A DNA stretch of 64,000 bases from Paraphysomonas bandaiensis. Taxonomy: Eukaryota; Protista; Chrysophyceae. The stretch is from positions 496,001 through 560,000 of the forward strand of contig CBFFRP010000363.1 in the NCBI GenBank assembly GCA_965644295.1. The letters are read 5' to 3'. Below are positions 10,638-24,044 of the stretch, piece by piece; position 1 is the first letter of the stretch, and each line of letters opens with the position of its first letter. Both the position numbers and the translations under genes were made by a program. The notes beneath the pieces were generated by a model. The model made no database searches. It was not told the DNA's origin and worked only from the letters and a program-made list of their open reading frames with translations.

Positions 10638-13600
10638 CATATTACATGCATGCGTTTGCTGCAAATTAACGACAAATCTTGATATATGCTAAATTTCACC
10701 TAATCTTATAGTTCATTACAGTACACCATCTAGTTCTCATTATTGCTTGCGCATGTAACAGAAAAGCAATAACTGTACCCCAATGAATGAACTGATTATT
10801 ACTCAACAGACCAATAGTACTCCAGCTACACACTCTACTACTCTAGTCTCTAGTACCAATACTTATTACCTGACACTAGCCGGGAGTCTCTGGAGCTTAA
10901 AGCCATTTCTGATACATTATTTCTCTTTTTACCACGACTGAGAGCATTGCTCAGTAAGTCGAGCATATCCACTACCTCACCTGCATGGTCTTCTTTTTCC
11001 ATTTCAAACACGGTTTCATGCTGTAAATCAGCACATGAATCAACGACGTACTCGGACTGAACTTTCACTGCGCATTTCAAATGCTTTTCTCCCCTCCAAT
11101 ACTAATAGGCATACTGCTTGCTTGCGTCGTCTTCAATAACCTCGAGACATACACTCTCCGCTTTTCTACAGGTCACGGGAACCCACTTGTCACGCTCATT
11201 TTGTCGATAATGAGGCATAAACCTTCACAATAGCTCTCCCGCATAGTGATGAAGCTTGCAATACGAACTCACAGTTAATAATGGCACGATTCACAGTGTA
11301 TTCGCTCTCTCAAATTCCTTCTGTGGGAATAAGTCGATCCAGCGGAATATGTCGATCCAGCAAAAAAATCGACCTTTTTTCGTTATTTCTCTGAAATATA
11401 TTCGTCAAAAAACAGCATGCATCAAAAAAACCTGGATTTTTTTGCTGGATCGACATATTCTGCTGGATCTTATATTCCCACACACAGAATTGTTGCCTTA
11501 TTGGAATTCCAAGACATCACTATCTAAGTGCGTGGCATTCGCTACTTCAAAATTGAAGTTGCGGTTTCTGCAGCACGACATCAAGATTTCAGCTGGATGA
11601 TGGTATCTTGTTCCCTCAAACCATCCCTATCTGCTTCTTGGAGTTCCAAAACGCTGTTCACATACCAGTGCCTGCCCATACTTCAATGTTCTGTTCGACG
11701 TCACACTTTAGTCAGCCGCATTTGCGATTACTACACAATCACAACTTCACTGCAATCAAGTCAGAGTTATCATCACGACTAAGATTCGTGTCCTCACAGT
11801 GAGTGTTGCCTGGAGTGACACTTCTTTATTGGCATGCTCCATTTCTGATTGGCTTCTGCGGTATATTTTTTTGGACAAGACGATGAAAAACGACGCTTTT
11901 GTTCTCGTTAGCGCGAAGGGCATCCCAGTAGAGCTCATAGAACTCCCATCCATACACTCGTATCCAGAATATACTCCAGAGCGCAAGTAAAACTCCCTTG
12001 CCTGACAATCCTGGAGTTTTACTTGCGCTCTGGAGCTTGAGGAAGATTTTACTCCCTTGCCTGACGATCCTGCAGAGTGTTCGATCATGGAAGACCGCAG
12101 TCCTGATCCCTTCTATCAGACATTGCATGCTCTTACTTGTCCAGATACACTGGATGAAATGATTCGTTACTAATATTCGCCGCAAGGGAATGGATACTTT
12201 AAACGAGCAGCAGCATGTGGCAGCTCGAACAGCCGAACTGGAGACATCACGGTATCATGACCAGCTCACTGAAACCAATTCATTTCCGTCGGCTGACTTA
12301 ACACTGCTTCCTGCATCGTTTGTTTCTACTTATTTAGTAATATTTTTTGCTATCTGTTCCTTAGTCTTAGTTTGTTTCATTTTTACCATTAACTAACATT
12401 CGATACAACGTAACTTTTACTTACATAACCTTTCGACACTTAGTAACACTTACTTCTATTCACACTTAGTAACAACTTAGTAACACTTACTTCTATTCAC
12501 ACTTAGTAACAACTTAGTAACACTTACTTAGTAACACTTACTTCTATTCACACTTAGTAACAACTTAGTAACACCATATTACATGCATGCGTTTGCTGCA
12601 AATTAACGACAAATCTTGATATATGCTAAATTTCACCTAATCTTATAGTTCATTACAGTACACCATCTAGTTCTCATTATTGCTTGCGCATGTAACAGAA
12701 AAGCAATAACTGTACCCCAATGAATGAACTGATTATTACTCAACAGACCAATAGTACTCCAGCTACACACTCTACTACTCTAGTCTCTAGTACCAATACT
12801 TATTACCTGACACTAGCCGGGAGTCTCTGGAGCTTAAAGCCATTTCTGATACATTATTTCTCTTTTTACCACGACTGAGAGCATTGCTCAGTAAGTCGAG
12901 CATATCCACTACCTCACCTGCATGGTCTTCTTTTTCCATTTCAAACACGGTTTCATGCTGTAAATCAGCACATGAATCAACGACGTACTCGGACTGAACT
13001 TTCACTGCGCATTTCAAATGCTTTTCTCCCCTCCAATACTAATAGGCATACTGCTTGCTTGCGTCGTCTTCAATAACCTCGAGACATACACTCTCCGCTT
13101 TTCTACAGGTCACGGGAACCCACTTGTCACGCTCATTTTGTCGATAATGAGGCATAAACCTTCACAATAGCTCTCCCGCATAGTGATGAAGCTTGCAATA
13201 CGAACTCACAGTTAATAATGGCACGATTCACAGTGTATTCGCTCTCTCAAATTCCTTCTGTGGGAATAAGTCGATCCAGCGGAATATGTCGATCCAGCAA
13301 AAAAATCGACCTTTTTTCGTTATTTCTCTGAAATATATTCGTCAAAAAACAGCATGCATCAAAAAAACCTGGATTTTTTTGCTGGATCGACATATTCTGC
13401 TGGATCTTATATTCCCACACACAGAATTGTTGCCTTATTGGAATTCCAAGACATCACTATCTAAGTGCGTGGCATTCGCTACTTCAAAATTGAAGTTGCG
13501 GTTTCTGCAGCACGACATCAAGATTTCAGCTGGATGATGGTATCTTGTTCCCTCAAACCATCCCTATCTGCTTCTTGGAGTTCCAAAACGCTGTTCACAT

Positions 13601-16280
13601 ACCAGTGCCTGCCCATACTTCAATGTTCTGTTCGACGTCACACTTTAGTCAGCCGCATTTGCGATTACTACACAATCACAACTTCACTGCAATCAAGTCA
13701 GAGTTATCATCACGACTAAGATTCGTGTCCTCACAGTGAGTGTTGCCTGGAGTGACACTTCTTTATTGGCATGCTCCATTTCTGATTGGCTTCTGCGGTA
13801 TATTTTTTTGGACAAGACGATGAAAAACGACGCTTTTGTTCTCGTTAGCGCGAAGGGCATCCCAGTAGAGCTCATAGAACTCCCATCCATACACTCGTAT
13901 CCAGAATATACTCCAGAGCGCAAGTAAAACTCCCTTGCCTGACAATCCTGGAGTTTTACTTGCGCTCTGGAGCTTGAGGAAGATTTTACTCCCTTGCCTG
14001 ACGATCCTGCAGAGTGTTCGATCATGGAAGACCGCAGTCCTGATCCCTTCTATCAGACATTGCATGCTCTTACTTGTCCAGATACACTGGATGAAATGAT
14101 TCGTTACTAATATTCGCCGCAAGGGAATGGATACTTTAAACGAGCAGCAGCATGTGGCAGCTCGAACAGCCGAACTGGAGACATCACGGTATCATGACCA
14201 GCTCACTGAAACCAATTCATTTCCGTCGGCTGACTTAACACTGCTTCCTGCATCGTTTGTTTCTACTTATTTAGTAATATTTTTTGCTATCTGTTCCTTA
14301 GTCTTAGTTTGTTTCATTTTTACCATTAACTAACATTCGATACAACGTAACTTTTACTTACATAACCTTTCGACACTTAGTAACACTTACTTCTATTCAC
14401 ACTTAGTAACAACTTAGTAACACTTACTTCTATTCACACTTAGTAACAACTTAGTAACACTTACTTAGTAACACTTACTTCTATTCACACTTAGTAACAA
14501 CTTAGTAACACCATATTACATGCATGCGTTTGCTGCAAATTAACGACAAATCTTGATATATGCTAAATTTCACCTAATCTTATAGTTCATTACAGTACAC
14601 CATCTAGTTCTCATTATTGCTTGCGCATGTAACAGAAAAGCAATAACTGTACCCCAATGAATGAACTGATTATTACTCAACAGACCAATAGTACTCCAGC
14701 TACACACTCTACTACTCTAGTCTCTAGTACCAATACTTATTACCTGACACTAGCCGGGAGTCTCTGGAGCTTAAAGCCATTTCTGATACATTATTTCTCT
14801 TTTTACCACGACTGAGAGCATTGCTCAGTAAGTCGAGCATATCCACTACCTCACCTGCATGGTCTTCTTTTTCCATTTCAAACACGGTTTCATGCTGTAA
14901 ATCAGCACATGAATCAACGACGTACTCGGACTGAACTTTCACTGCGCATTTCAAATGCTTTTCTCCCCTCCAATACTAATAGGCATACTGCTTGCTTGCG
15001 TCGTCTTCAATAACCTCGAGACATACACTCTCCGCTTTTCTACAGGTCACGGGAACCCACTTGTCACGCTCATTTTGTCGATAATGAGGCATAAACCTTC
15101 ACAATAGCTCTCCCGCATAGTGATGAAGCTTGCAATACGAACTCACAGTTAATAATGGCACGATTCACAGTGTATTCGCTCTCTCAAATTCCTTCTGTGG
15201 GAATAAGTCGATCCAGCGGAATATGTCGATCCAGCAAAAAAATCGACCTTTTTTCGTTATTTCTCTGAAATATATTCGTCAAAAAACAGCATGCATCAAA
15301 AAAACCTGGATTTTTTTGCTGGATCGACATATTCTGCTGGATCTTATATTCCCACACACAGAATTGTTGCCTTATTGGAATTCCAAGACATCACTATCTA
15401 AGTGCGTGGCATTCGCTACTTCAAAATTGAAGTTGCGGTTTCTGCAGCACGACATCAAGATTTCAGCTGGATGATGGTATCTTGTTCCCTCAAACCATCC
15501 CTATCTGCTTCTTGGAGTTCCAAAACGCTGTTCACATACCAGTGCCTGCCCATACTTCAATGTTCTGTTCGACGTCACACTTTAGTCAGCCGCATTTGCG
15601 ATTACTACACAATCACAACTTCACTGCAATCAAGTCAGAGTTATCATCACGACTAAGATTCGTGTCCTCACAGTGAGTGTTGCCTGGAGTGACACTTCTT
15701 TATTGGCATGCTCCATTTCTGATTGGCTTCTGCGGTATATTTTTTTGGACAAGACGATGAAAAACGACGCTTTTGTTCTCGTTAGCGCGAAGGGCATCCC
15801 AGTAGAGCTCATAGAACTCCCATCCATACACTCGTATCCAGAATATACTCCAGAGCGCAAGTAAAACTCCCTTGCCTGACAATCCTGGAGTTTTACTTGC
15901 GCTCTGGAGCTTGAGGAAGATTTTACTCCCTTGCCTGACGATCCTGCAGAGTGTTCGATCATGGAAGACCGCAGTCCTGATCCCTTCTATCAGACATTGC
16001 ATGCTCTTACTTGTCCAGATACACTGGATGAAATGATTCGTTACTAATATTCGCCGCAAGGGAATGGATACTTTAAACGAGCAGCAGCATGTGGCAGCTC
16101 GAACAGCCGAACTGGAGACATCACGGTATCATGACCAGCTCACTGAAACCAATTCATTTCCGTCGGCTGACTTAACACTGCTTCCTGCATCGTTTGTTTC
16201 TACTTATTTAGTAATATTTTTTGCTATCTGTTCCTTAGTCTTAGTTTGTTTCATTTTTACCATTAACTAACATTCGATAC

Positions 16281-18841
16281 GATAAGGTTTTTTTGCGGCC
16301 CGCCAGGGCCCTCGGCCCTCGCGGGCCCGCGGCCCCCCGCGGGCCCTCTAAAATTAATTTTTTTCAGTTTTTGCCTCCTGAAGATTTTGATTTGTTATAT
16401 TATTTCAGTTATTGTCTTTTAAAGATTTCGAGTTTTGAAAAAACTAATGTGATTAGTTTTTAATTTCGACTTTTTGAAAACTTAATACAAATTCATTAAT
16501 AATTTTGTCATCAAGCAGGCGATTAATAATGCATGATTCTAATTCAGAAGAATCAGGGAGAAAAGATAGTTGTAATAGCGATGATCTCCCTACAACTTTT
16601 CAGTGGGAAGGTTTCAGATACACTATCAAGCAGAGGAAGAGGCTTCAAGATGGTTCGGTATAATATATTCTCTATCAGTAAGCCACTGATCCATATATTT
16701 AGGAAATTTGAAGGGTTATTATCGGTGCTCAAAACACCGGAAAGGAAGAACATGTGGCTGTCCAGCTAAATTGACAATTCTTGTTCACGAGCAAGCAGAA
16801 GAATCTGATGAAAAACTGATAATTTCAAAGGGGAAAGAGGAGCACAAATGTGGTGCCGCCATCTTTATATTGCCTTCAGATTCACCAACATCTGATGATA
16901 ATTCCAAGGAGAGGTCGTCGTTTTGTAAAGGTGTATATGACGCAAGTGGTGAAATGAAACAACTTTGTGAAGCAATGGCGTTGAAAGATGTTTCGAAGTC
17001 CTCCATTGCGATTGCAAATGAAGTTGCGGAAACAACGCGAGCGAAATATAAGCAGCTCGGTGAGAAAATTGATATTTTTTTCTTTTTGCTGTTTTCACTT
17101 CATTTTCTTTTGCTTATTTCGGTAGGAATGCCATATAGATATCTCGAAACGTCGAAACTCAAAGCTTTGGTGTATCAGTGTAGACGTTTAGAGTTCAATG
17201 ATTGGGAAGGAATTATATCGTCGTATCCGCTTGTGAACTGTGCTGATGACGACGAGAGACTATTTTTACAGTTCAATACTTCAATCAATGTTAGCAATCA
17301 GATGCAGAAGATAATTGGCTTTGCACATCCTGATTTAATCAATATTGTAAAGGGTGGTCCGGTCCATCTGTTTATAGACTGTACTTTTAAATGTGTGCCA
17401 AAGGGATTTTCTCAGTGTCTAGTAATTATGATATATGACTACGCCTCGTCCCTATACATTCCTGTATTTTATATATTGCTGCAATCGAAGTTTGAAGAAG
17501 TGTATTCCATGGCTCTTTATTTGAGTAAGGCCTCAACAGATTTCATGATGGAGATCATCAATGGCTCAGTGGATTTCGAGAAGGGTCTGATGAATGCTAT
17601 CAAACGGAACTTTGAGGGCAAGCCTGTAACTGGATGCGCGTTTCACTGGAAGCAAGCAATCCGTAGGAAATTGTTCAGCCTGGGTATTCCCGATGAGGTG
17701 ATTACGCCATTGATGAATAAAACTGGTCTCATCAACATTCTATTAACAATTCCTATTGAAGATATTGAGCCTAAAGGGATACCATATGTGCGCCAACATT
17801 TTGACGAAGGTGTTCACCGAGCCAAGTTTGACATATTCTGGAAATACTTCGTGAAGACCTGGATGCTCTCGTACGATCCTAATGATTGGAATGTGCATGG
17901 CATTGTAACAGACGAGTCATCAACATCCCGCTTGATTAATAGAACCAACAATCCACTGGAAAGGTTTAACAGAAAGCTGAACGAGGCTTTTCCCACTGCG
18001 CATCCTTCCGTGGTGTTATATGTGAGTACTATTCGGAAGCTAAGTCAAGAATACGTCGAACTTCGAAACAAAATTCTCAGGGGTCATGCATCCCGGCCGA
18101 AACATCTGCCATTCCAGCAATTCACATTGCCAGAGGACTACGCTGCATTTGAAATGGACAGGTCAGTCCAAAGGACTAAGTTTGCGCAGCTCAACCAATA
18201 CAAGTTTTTGATTGGGAAGAGCCACTATGATCCTGAGGATGGGTGCATGTACGAGGTGGTGAGAGTTGGATTTTACGAGGGGTCCATCGTTGGCTATCGC
18301 GAGCAGTGCCGACTGCAGAATGGATATGTTGTCGATGTACCCACTGATGATTGTATTTCAATTGAGGAGATAGTGAAATACACTGGATGTGGCAAGGAGT
18401 CTACAGTGACAGCCGAAGACTGTGCTTTCACCGAGGAGATTGAGACATGCTGTGTTGCCGCCGGCAGGGCTCAGACCGGCGCCAAACGCCGGAATAGGGC
18501 CGGTGGGGCCGGCCCCGGCGTTGTTTAGGGGCGGGGGCCTGGGGGCAGTGGACGCCGGCTCGTAGAGTCGAAGCGTGGGGAGCCCCCAGCTCCGAAAAAT
18601 GTTTTGGTATAAAGTTGCTCTTGCTTAAGATATTAATAACTCTTGCTAAATTTGACCCTTTGCTTTGTGCGTAATACTGCCCTTTGCTTTGTGCGTTATT
18701 GTTGCTTGTGGTTGTAGTGTGTGTTGTGTGTGTTTTTAATTAAGAATTATTGTTATTATTGTTAGTTGTAGTAGAGGGCCAAATGCGGGCCGAGGGCCCT
18801 AGCGGGCCGAGGGCCAAAAAGGGCCAAAATTAAATTTTTCC
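16281..18841 (+). mobile_element. Mutator-like (MULE) DNA transposon, copy 1, 2,561 bp
   Basis: 8-bp TSD TTCGATAC (16273-16280 / 18842-18849); the uninterrupted site is present in tandem copies 1-3. Imperfect termini are built of GGCCC arrays. Encodes a MULE transposase. Confidence 0.97.
16529..18528 (+). CDS. MULE DDE transposase with an N-terminal FLYWCH/WRKY-like zinc finger and a C-terminal module shared with the Copia integrase
   Basis: Predicted exons 16529-16652, 16703-17059 and 17126-18528 (GT-AG introns of 50 and 66 nt). Motifs: WEGFRY...YYRCSKHR...CPAKL...HKC; FIDCTFK; VDFEKGLMNAI; GCAFHWKQAI (CxxH); RTNNPLERFNRKLN. Confidence 0.95.
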
Positions 18842-19377
18842 TTCGATACAACGTAACTTTTACTTACATAACCTTTCGACACTTAGTAACACTTACTTCT
18901 ATTCACACTTAGTAACAACTTAGTAACACTTACTTAGTAACACTTACTTCTATTCACACTTAGTAACAACTTAGTAACACCATATTTATATATATTTACT
19001 TACATAACCTTTCGACACTTAGTAACACTTACTTCTATTCACACTTAGTAACAACTTAGTAACACTTACTTAGTAACACTTACTTCTATTCACACTTAGT
19101 AACAACTTAGTAACACCATATTTATATATATTTACATGCATATGTAGTGAAGTATACAGATTAATAATTATAATATTGCAGTACTAAGTCTACGCTAGAT
19201 TCCCAGCAGCAGTATTGCAATACTTTTCTAACCGATTCAACAATACGATTGCAACAGTATATTGCTTCCTATTCCTGACAGATACAACATACACCGATAC
19301 TACAAAATATTAATATCATATAATGTCCACACGATCTACTATTCAAATGTAAGCATACCGGATACCGGCCATACTAC

Positions 19378-21938
19378 GGAAAAATTTAATTTTGGCCCTT
19401 TTTGGCCCTCGGCCCGCTAGGGCCCTCGGCCCGCATTTGGCCCTCTACTACAACTAACAATAATAACAATAATTCTTAATTAAAAACACACACAACACAC
19501 ACTACAACCACAAGCAACAATAACGCACAAAGCAAAGGGCAGTATTACGCACAAAGCAAAGGGTCAAATTTAGCAAGAGTTATTAATATCTTAAGCAAGA
19601 GCAACTTTATACCAAAACATTTTTCGGAGCTGGGGGCTCCCCACGCTTCGACTCTACGAGCCGGCGTCCACTGCCCCCAGGCCCCCGCCCCTAAACAACG
19701 CCGGGGCCGGCCCCACCGGCCCTATTCCGGCGTTTGGCGCCGGTCTGAGCCCTGCCGGCGGCAACACAGCATGTCTCAATCTCCTCGGTGAAAGCACAGT
19801 CTTCGGCTGTCACTGTAGACTCCTTGCCACATCCAGTGTATTTCACTATCTCCTCAATTGAAATACAATCATCAGTGGGTACATCGACAACATATCCATT
19901 CTGCAGTCGGCACTGCTCGCGATAGCCAACGATGGACCCCTCGTAAAATCCAACTCTCACCACCTCGTACATGCACCCATCCTCAGGATCATAGTGGCTC
20001 TTCCCAATCAAAAACTTGTATTGGTTGAGCTGCGCAAACTTAGTCCTTTGGACTGACCTGTCCATTTCAAATGCAGCGTAGTCCTCTGGCAATGTGAATT
20101 GCTGGAATGGCAGATGTTTCGGCCGGGATGCATGACCCCTGAGAATTTTGTTTCGAAGTTCGACGTATTCTTGACTTAGCTTCCGAATAGTACTCACATA
20201 TAACACCACGGAAGGATGCGCAGTGGGAAAAGCCTCGTTCAGCTTTCTGTTAAACCTTTCCAGTGGATTGTTGGTTCTATTAATCAAGCGGGATGTTGAT
20301 GACTCGTCTGTTACAATGCCATGCACATTCCAATCATTAGGATCGTACGAGAGCATCCAGGTCTTCACGAAGTATTTCCAGAATATGTCAAACTTGGCTC
20401 GGTGAACACCTTCGTCAAAATGTTGGCGCACATATGGTATCCCTTTAGGCTCAATATCTTCAATAGGAATTGTTAATAGAATGTTGATGAGACCAGTTTT
20501 ATTCATCAATGGCGTAATCACCTCATCGGGAATACCCAGGCTGAACAATTTCCTACGGATTGCTTGCTTCCAGTGAAACGCGCATCCAGTTACAGGCTTG
20601 CCCTCAAAGTTCCGTTTGATAGCATTCATCAGACCCTTCTCGAAATCCACTGAGCCATTGATGATCTCCATCATGAAATCTGTTGAGGCCTTACTCAAAT
20701 AAAGAGCCATGGAATACACTTCTTCAAACTTCGATTGCAGCAATATATAAAATACAGGAATGTATAGGGACGAGGCGTAGTCATATATCATAATTACTAG
20801 ACACTGAGAAAATCCCTTTGGCACACATTTAAAAGTACAGTCTATAAACAGATGGACCGGACCACCCTTTACAATATTGATTAAATCAGGATGTGCAAAG
20901 CCAATTATCTTCTGCATCTGATTGCTAACATTGATTGAAGTATTGAACTGTAAAAATAGTCTCTCGTCGTCATCAGCACAGTTCACAAGCGGATACGACG
21001 ATATAATTCCTTCCCAATCATTGAACTCTAAACGTCTACACTGATACACCAAAGCTTTGAGTTTCGACGTTTCGAGATATCTATATGGCATTCCTACCGA
21101 AATAAGCAAAAGAAAATGAAGTGAAAACAGCAAAAAGAAAAAAATATCAATTTTCTCACCGAGCTGCTTATATTTCGCTCGCGTTGTTTCCGCAACTTCA
21201 TTTGCAATCGCAATGGAGGACTTCGAAACATCTTTCAACGCCATTGCTTCACAAAGTTGTTTCATTTCACCACTTGCGTCATATACACCTTTACAAAACG
21301 ACGACCTCTCCTTGGAATTATCATCAGATGTTGGTGAATCTGAAGGCAATATAAAGATGGCGGCACCACATTTGTGCTCCTCTTTCCCCTTTGAAATTAT
21401 CAGTTTTTCATCAGATTCTTCTGCTTGCTCGTGAACAAGAATTGTCAATTTAGCTGGACAGCCACATGTTCTTCCTTTCCGGTGTTTTGAGCACCGATAA
21501 TAACCCTTCAAATTTCCTAAATATATGGATCAGTGGCTTACTGATAGAGAATATATTATACCGAACCATCTTGAAGCCTCTTCCTCTGCTTGATAGTGTA
21601 TCTGAAACCTTCCCACTGAAAAGTTGTAGGGAGATCATCGCTATTACAACTATCTTTTCTCCCTGATTCTTCTGAATTAGAATCATGCATTATTAATCGC
21701 CTGCTTGATGACAAAATTATTAATGAATTTGTATTAAGTTTTCAAAAAGTCGAAATTAAAAACTAATCACATTAGTTTTTTCAAAACTCGAAATCTTTAA
21801 AAGACAATAACTGAAATAATATAACAAATCAAAATCTTCAGGAGGCAAAAACTGAAAAAAATTAATTTTAGAGGGCCCGCGGGGGGCCGCGGGCCCGCGA
21901 GGGCCGAGGGCCCTGGCGGGCCGCAAAAAAACCTTATC
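19378..21938 (-). mobile_element. MULE copy 2, inverted, 2,561 bp
   Basis: Reverse complement of copy 1 with an identical translated ORF. It has its own 8-bp TSD CATACTAC (19370-19377 / 21939-21946). Confidence 0.97.
19691..21690 (-). CDS. MULE DDE transposase, copy 2
   Basis: 606-aa ORF identical to copy 1; exon structure mirrors copy 1. Confidence 0.95.
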
Positions 21939-22034
21939 CATACTACACAATGGATAGGACCTCTGTCCTCACAATAGAAGCACTTCATGCAGAGATGATG
22001 AGAATTTATCCAGAATATTTGACTACAACATTCA

Positions 22035-22761
<727 letters not shown>

Positions 22762-23192
22762 TTATGATGCCATGCACTCTGTACACACACATGCATACAT
22801 GACACTCACCTCACCTCGTGCTGTCCTGTGGAAACATCCCCACCCTCTCATCTCAGTTTCATTCCAGAAGAGAGATCCGAAAAATATCTTCAACAGACAA
22901 GACTGAAAATATTATCATAGGATCGATCTTTGAAGGATGCTCACTGAAATATTTTTACAATGAAATACTGCAGTATGTATACCCGGTATAGTAGTATACC
23001 AGTATACCGTATATATGTATATATATACATAGCAGTGTTCTGTGTGTTTCTAGTCTGTGGGTGTTCTGTATGGTGCCACACGTTAACACAACTCTCCATA
23101 CAGGCGTCGCAACTCATTGAATGTTAACAATTCAGTCTTAACTGTCTCCACGTATTGTCTTATATAATCTATCAGATTGATATCAGCACACT

Positions 23193-24044
23193 ATGCCTCC
23201 AGAGCCAATGCCTCGAAGAGTTCATCGCCGCTCTGATGACGATAGAGGGGGATACATGGCGTATGAGACCTCTCCGTTAAAGACCTTTAAAGAAAGTAGT
23301 CACGATCGCCATACTAATCAGCTTAGTAGGCGTAGTGTCGCGCCATCTGCAGAGCCACAACCAACAGTGAACCGTGTGAGTCGGGATTCGCCAAATAGGA
23401 GTGCAGCAAGATCATCGCAATCCCGGTCGATGCCATCACGGCAGCCAGATAGTGGACAGCGATCAAATAGGCTGGGAACTGACACATCCTCTCGGGGATA
23501 TGGCAGGAGTAGAATGGACTACGGAATGGGCTATGGAAGTATGGGCATGGGCTACGGTGGGATGGGCATGTACGGAGGCATGGGAATGTATGGAGGTATG
23601 GGCTATGGGGGCATGGGTTACGGAAACAGCATGCTGAACCCTCTAATGACTTCTATTATGTGGGTCCAGTCGCTCAACTACACACTAATGTCTCTCGGAG
23701 GACTCGTAGAGAATTTCGGCTTAAATGCTCAATCGCTATTACAAATGGCTCGCACATGTGTGGGTGCTCTGGACTACCTCGGACGGGTCTTACGAGCCAA
23801 ATTGCGGGGCCGGATGGATGGAGAGGACAATACTGGTGACAGATGGAAATCTCTCTGGCCGGTGATCCGGTGGGTTATTATAATGATTTCCATGGGAGTT
23901 ATGCACCAGCTGGTCGCCCTGCTAAAAAGAAGATTCCATGGCACTTTAATGCCTTCAAAACCTAGCTCAATATTTTTCGGGAATAGTACCAGTACTGAAT
24001 TAATGCCTTCTGTAGCGGAGGCTGCAACATCATCCCTTGTATGA
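23193..24044 (+). CDS. PEX13: Peroxin-13-like peroxisomal membrane protein (YG-repeat type, no SH3 seen)
   Basis: Disordered N-terminus, GMGYGGMGMYGG YG-repeat domain, then a long amphipathic helix (QSLNYTLMSLGGLVENFG) and a TM segment after W-P. This matches PEX13 architecture. Confidence 0.7.
   Translation: MPPEPMPRRVHRRSDDDRGGYMAYETSPLKTFKESSHDRHTNQLSRRSVAPSAEPQPTVNRVSRDSPNRSAARSSQSRSMPSRQPDSGQRSNRLGTDTSSRGYGRSRMDYGMGYGSMGMGYGGMGMYGGMGMYGGMGYGGMGYGNSMLNPLMTSIMWVQSLNYTLMSLGGLVENFGLNAQSLLQMARTCVGALDYLGRVLRAKLRGRMDGEDNTGDRWKSLWPVIRWVIIMISMGVMHQLVALLKRRFHGTLMPSKPSSIFFGNSTSTELMPSVAEAATSSLV

Larger units (their letters stand above)
8707..16280. repeat. Tandem array of a 1,937-bp unit, four copies; the 4th copy is interrupted by a MULE and resumes at 18842-19141
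   Basis: Units start at 8707, 10644, 12581 and 14518 (ACATGCATGCGTTTGCTGC...). The ORF track repeats identically at +1937 intervals. Confidence 0.98.

Noticed and set aside
16281-21938. Inverted duplication as an assembly fold-back artefact or one giant TIR element
   Set aside because: Each copy has its own distinct 8-bp TSD, and the 536-bp spacer is not palindromic.
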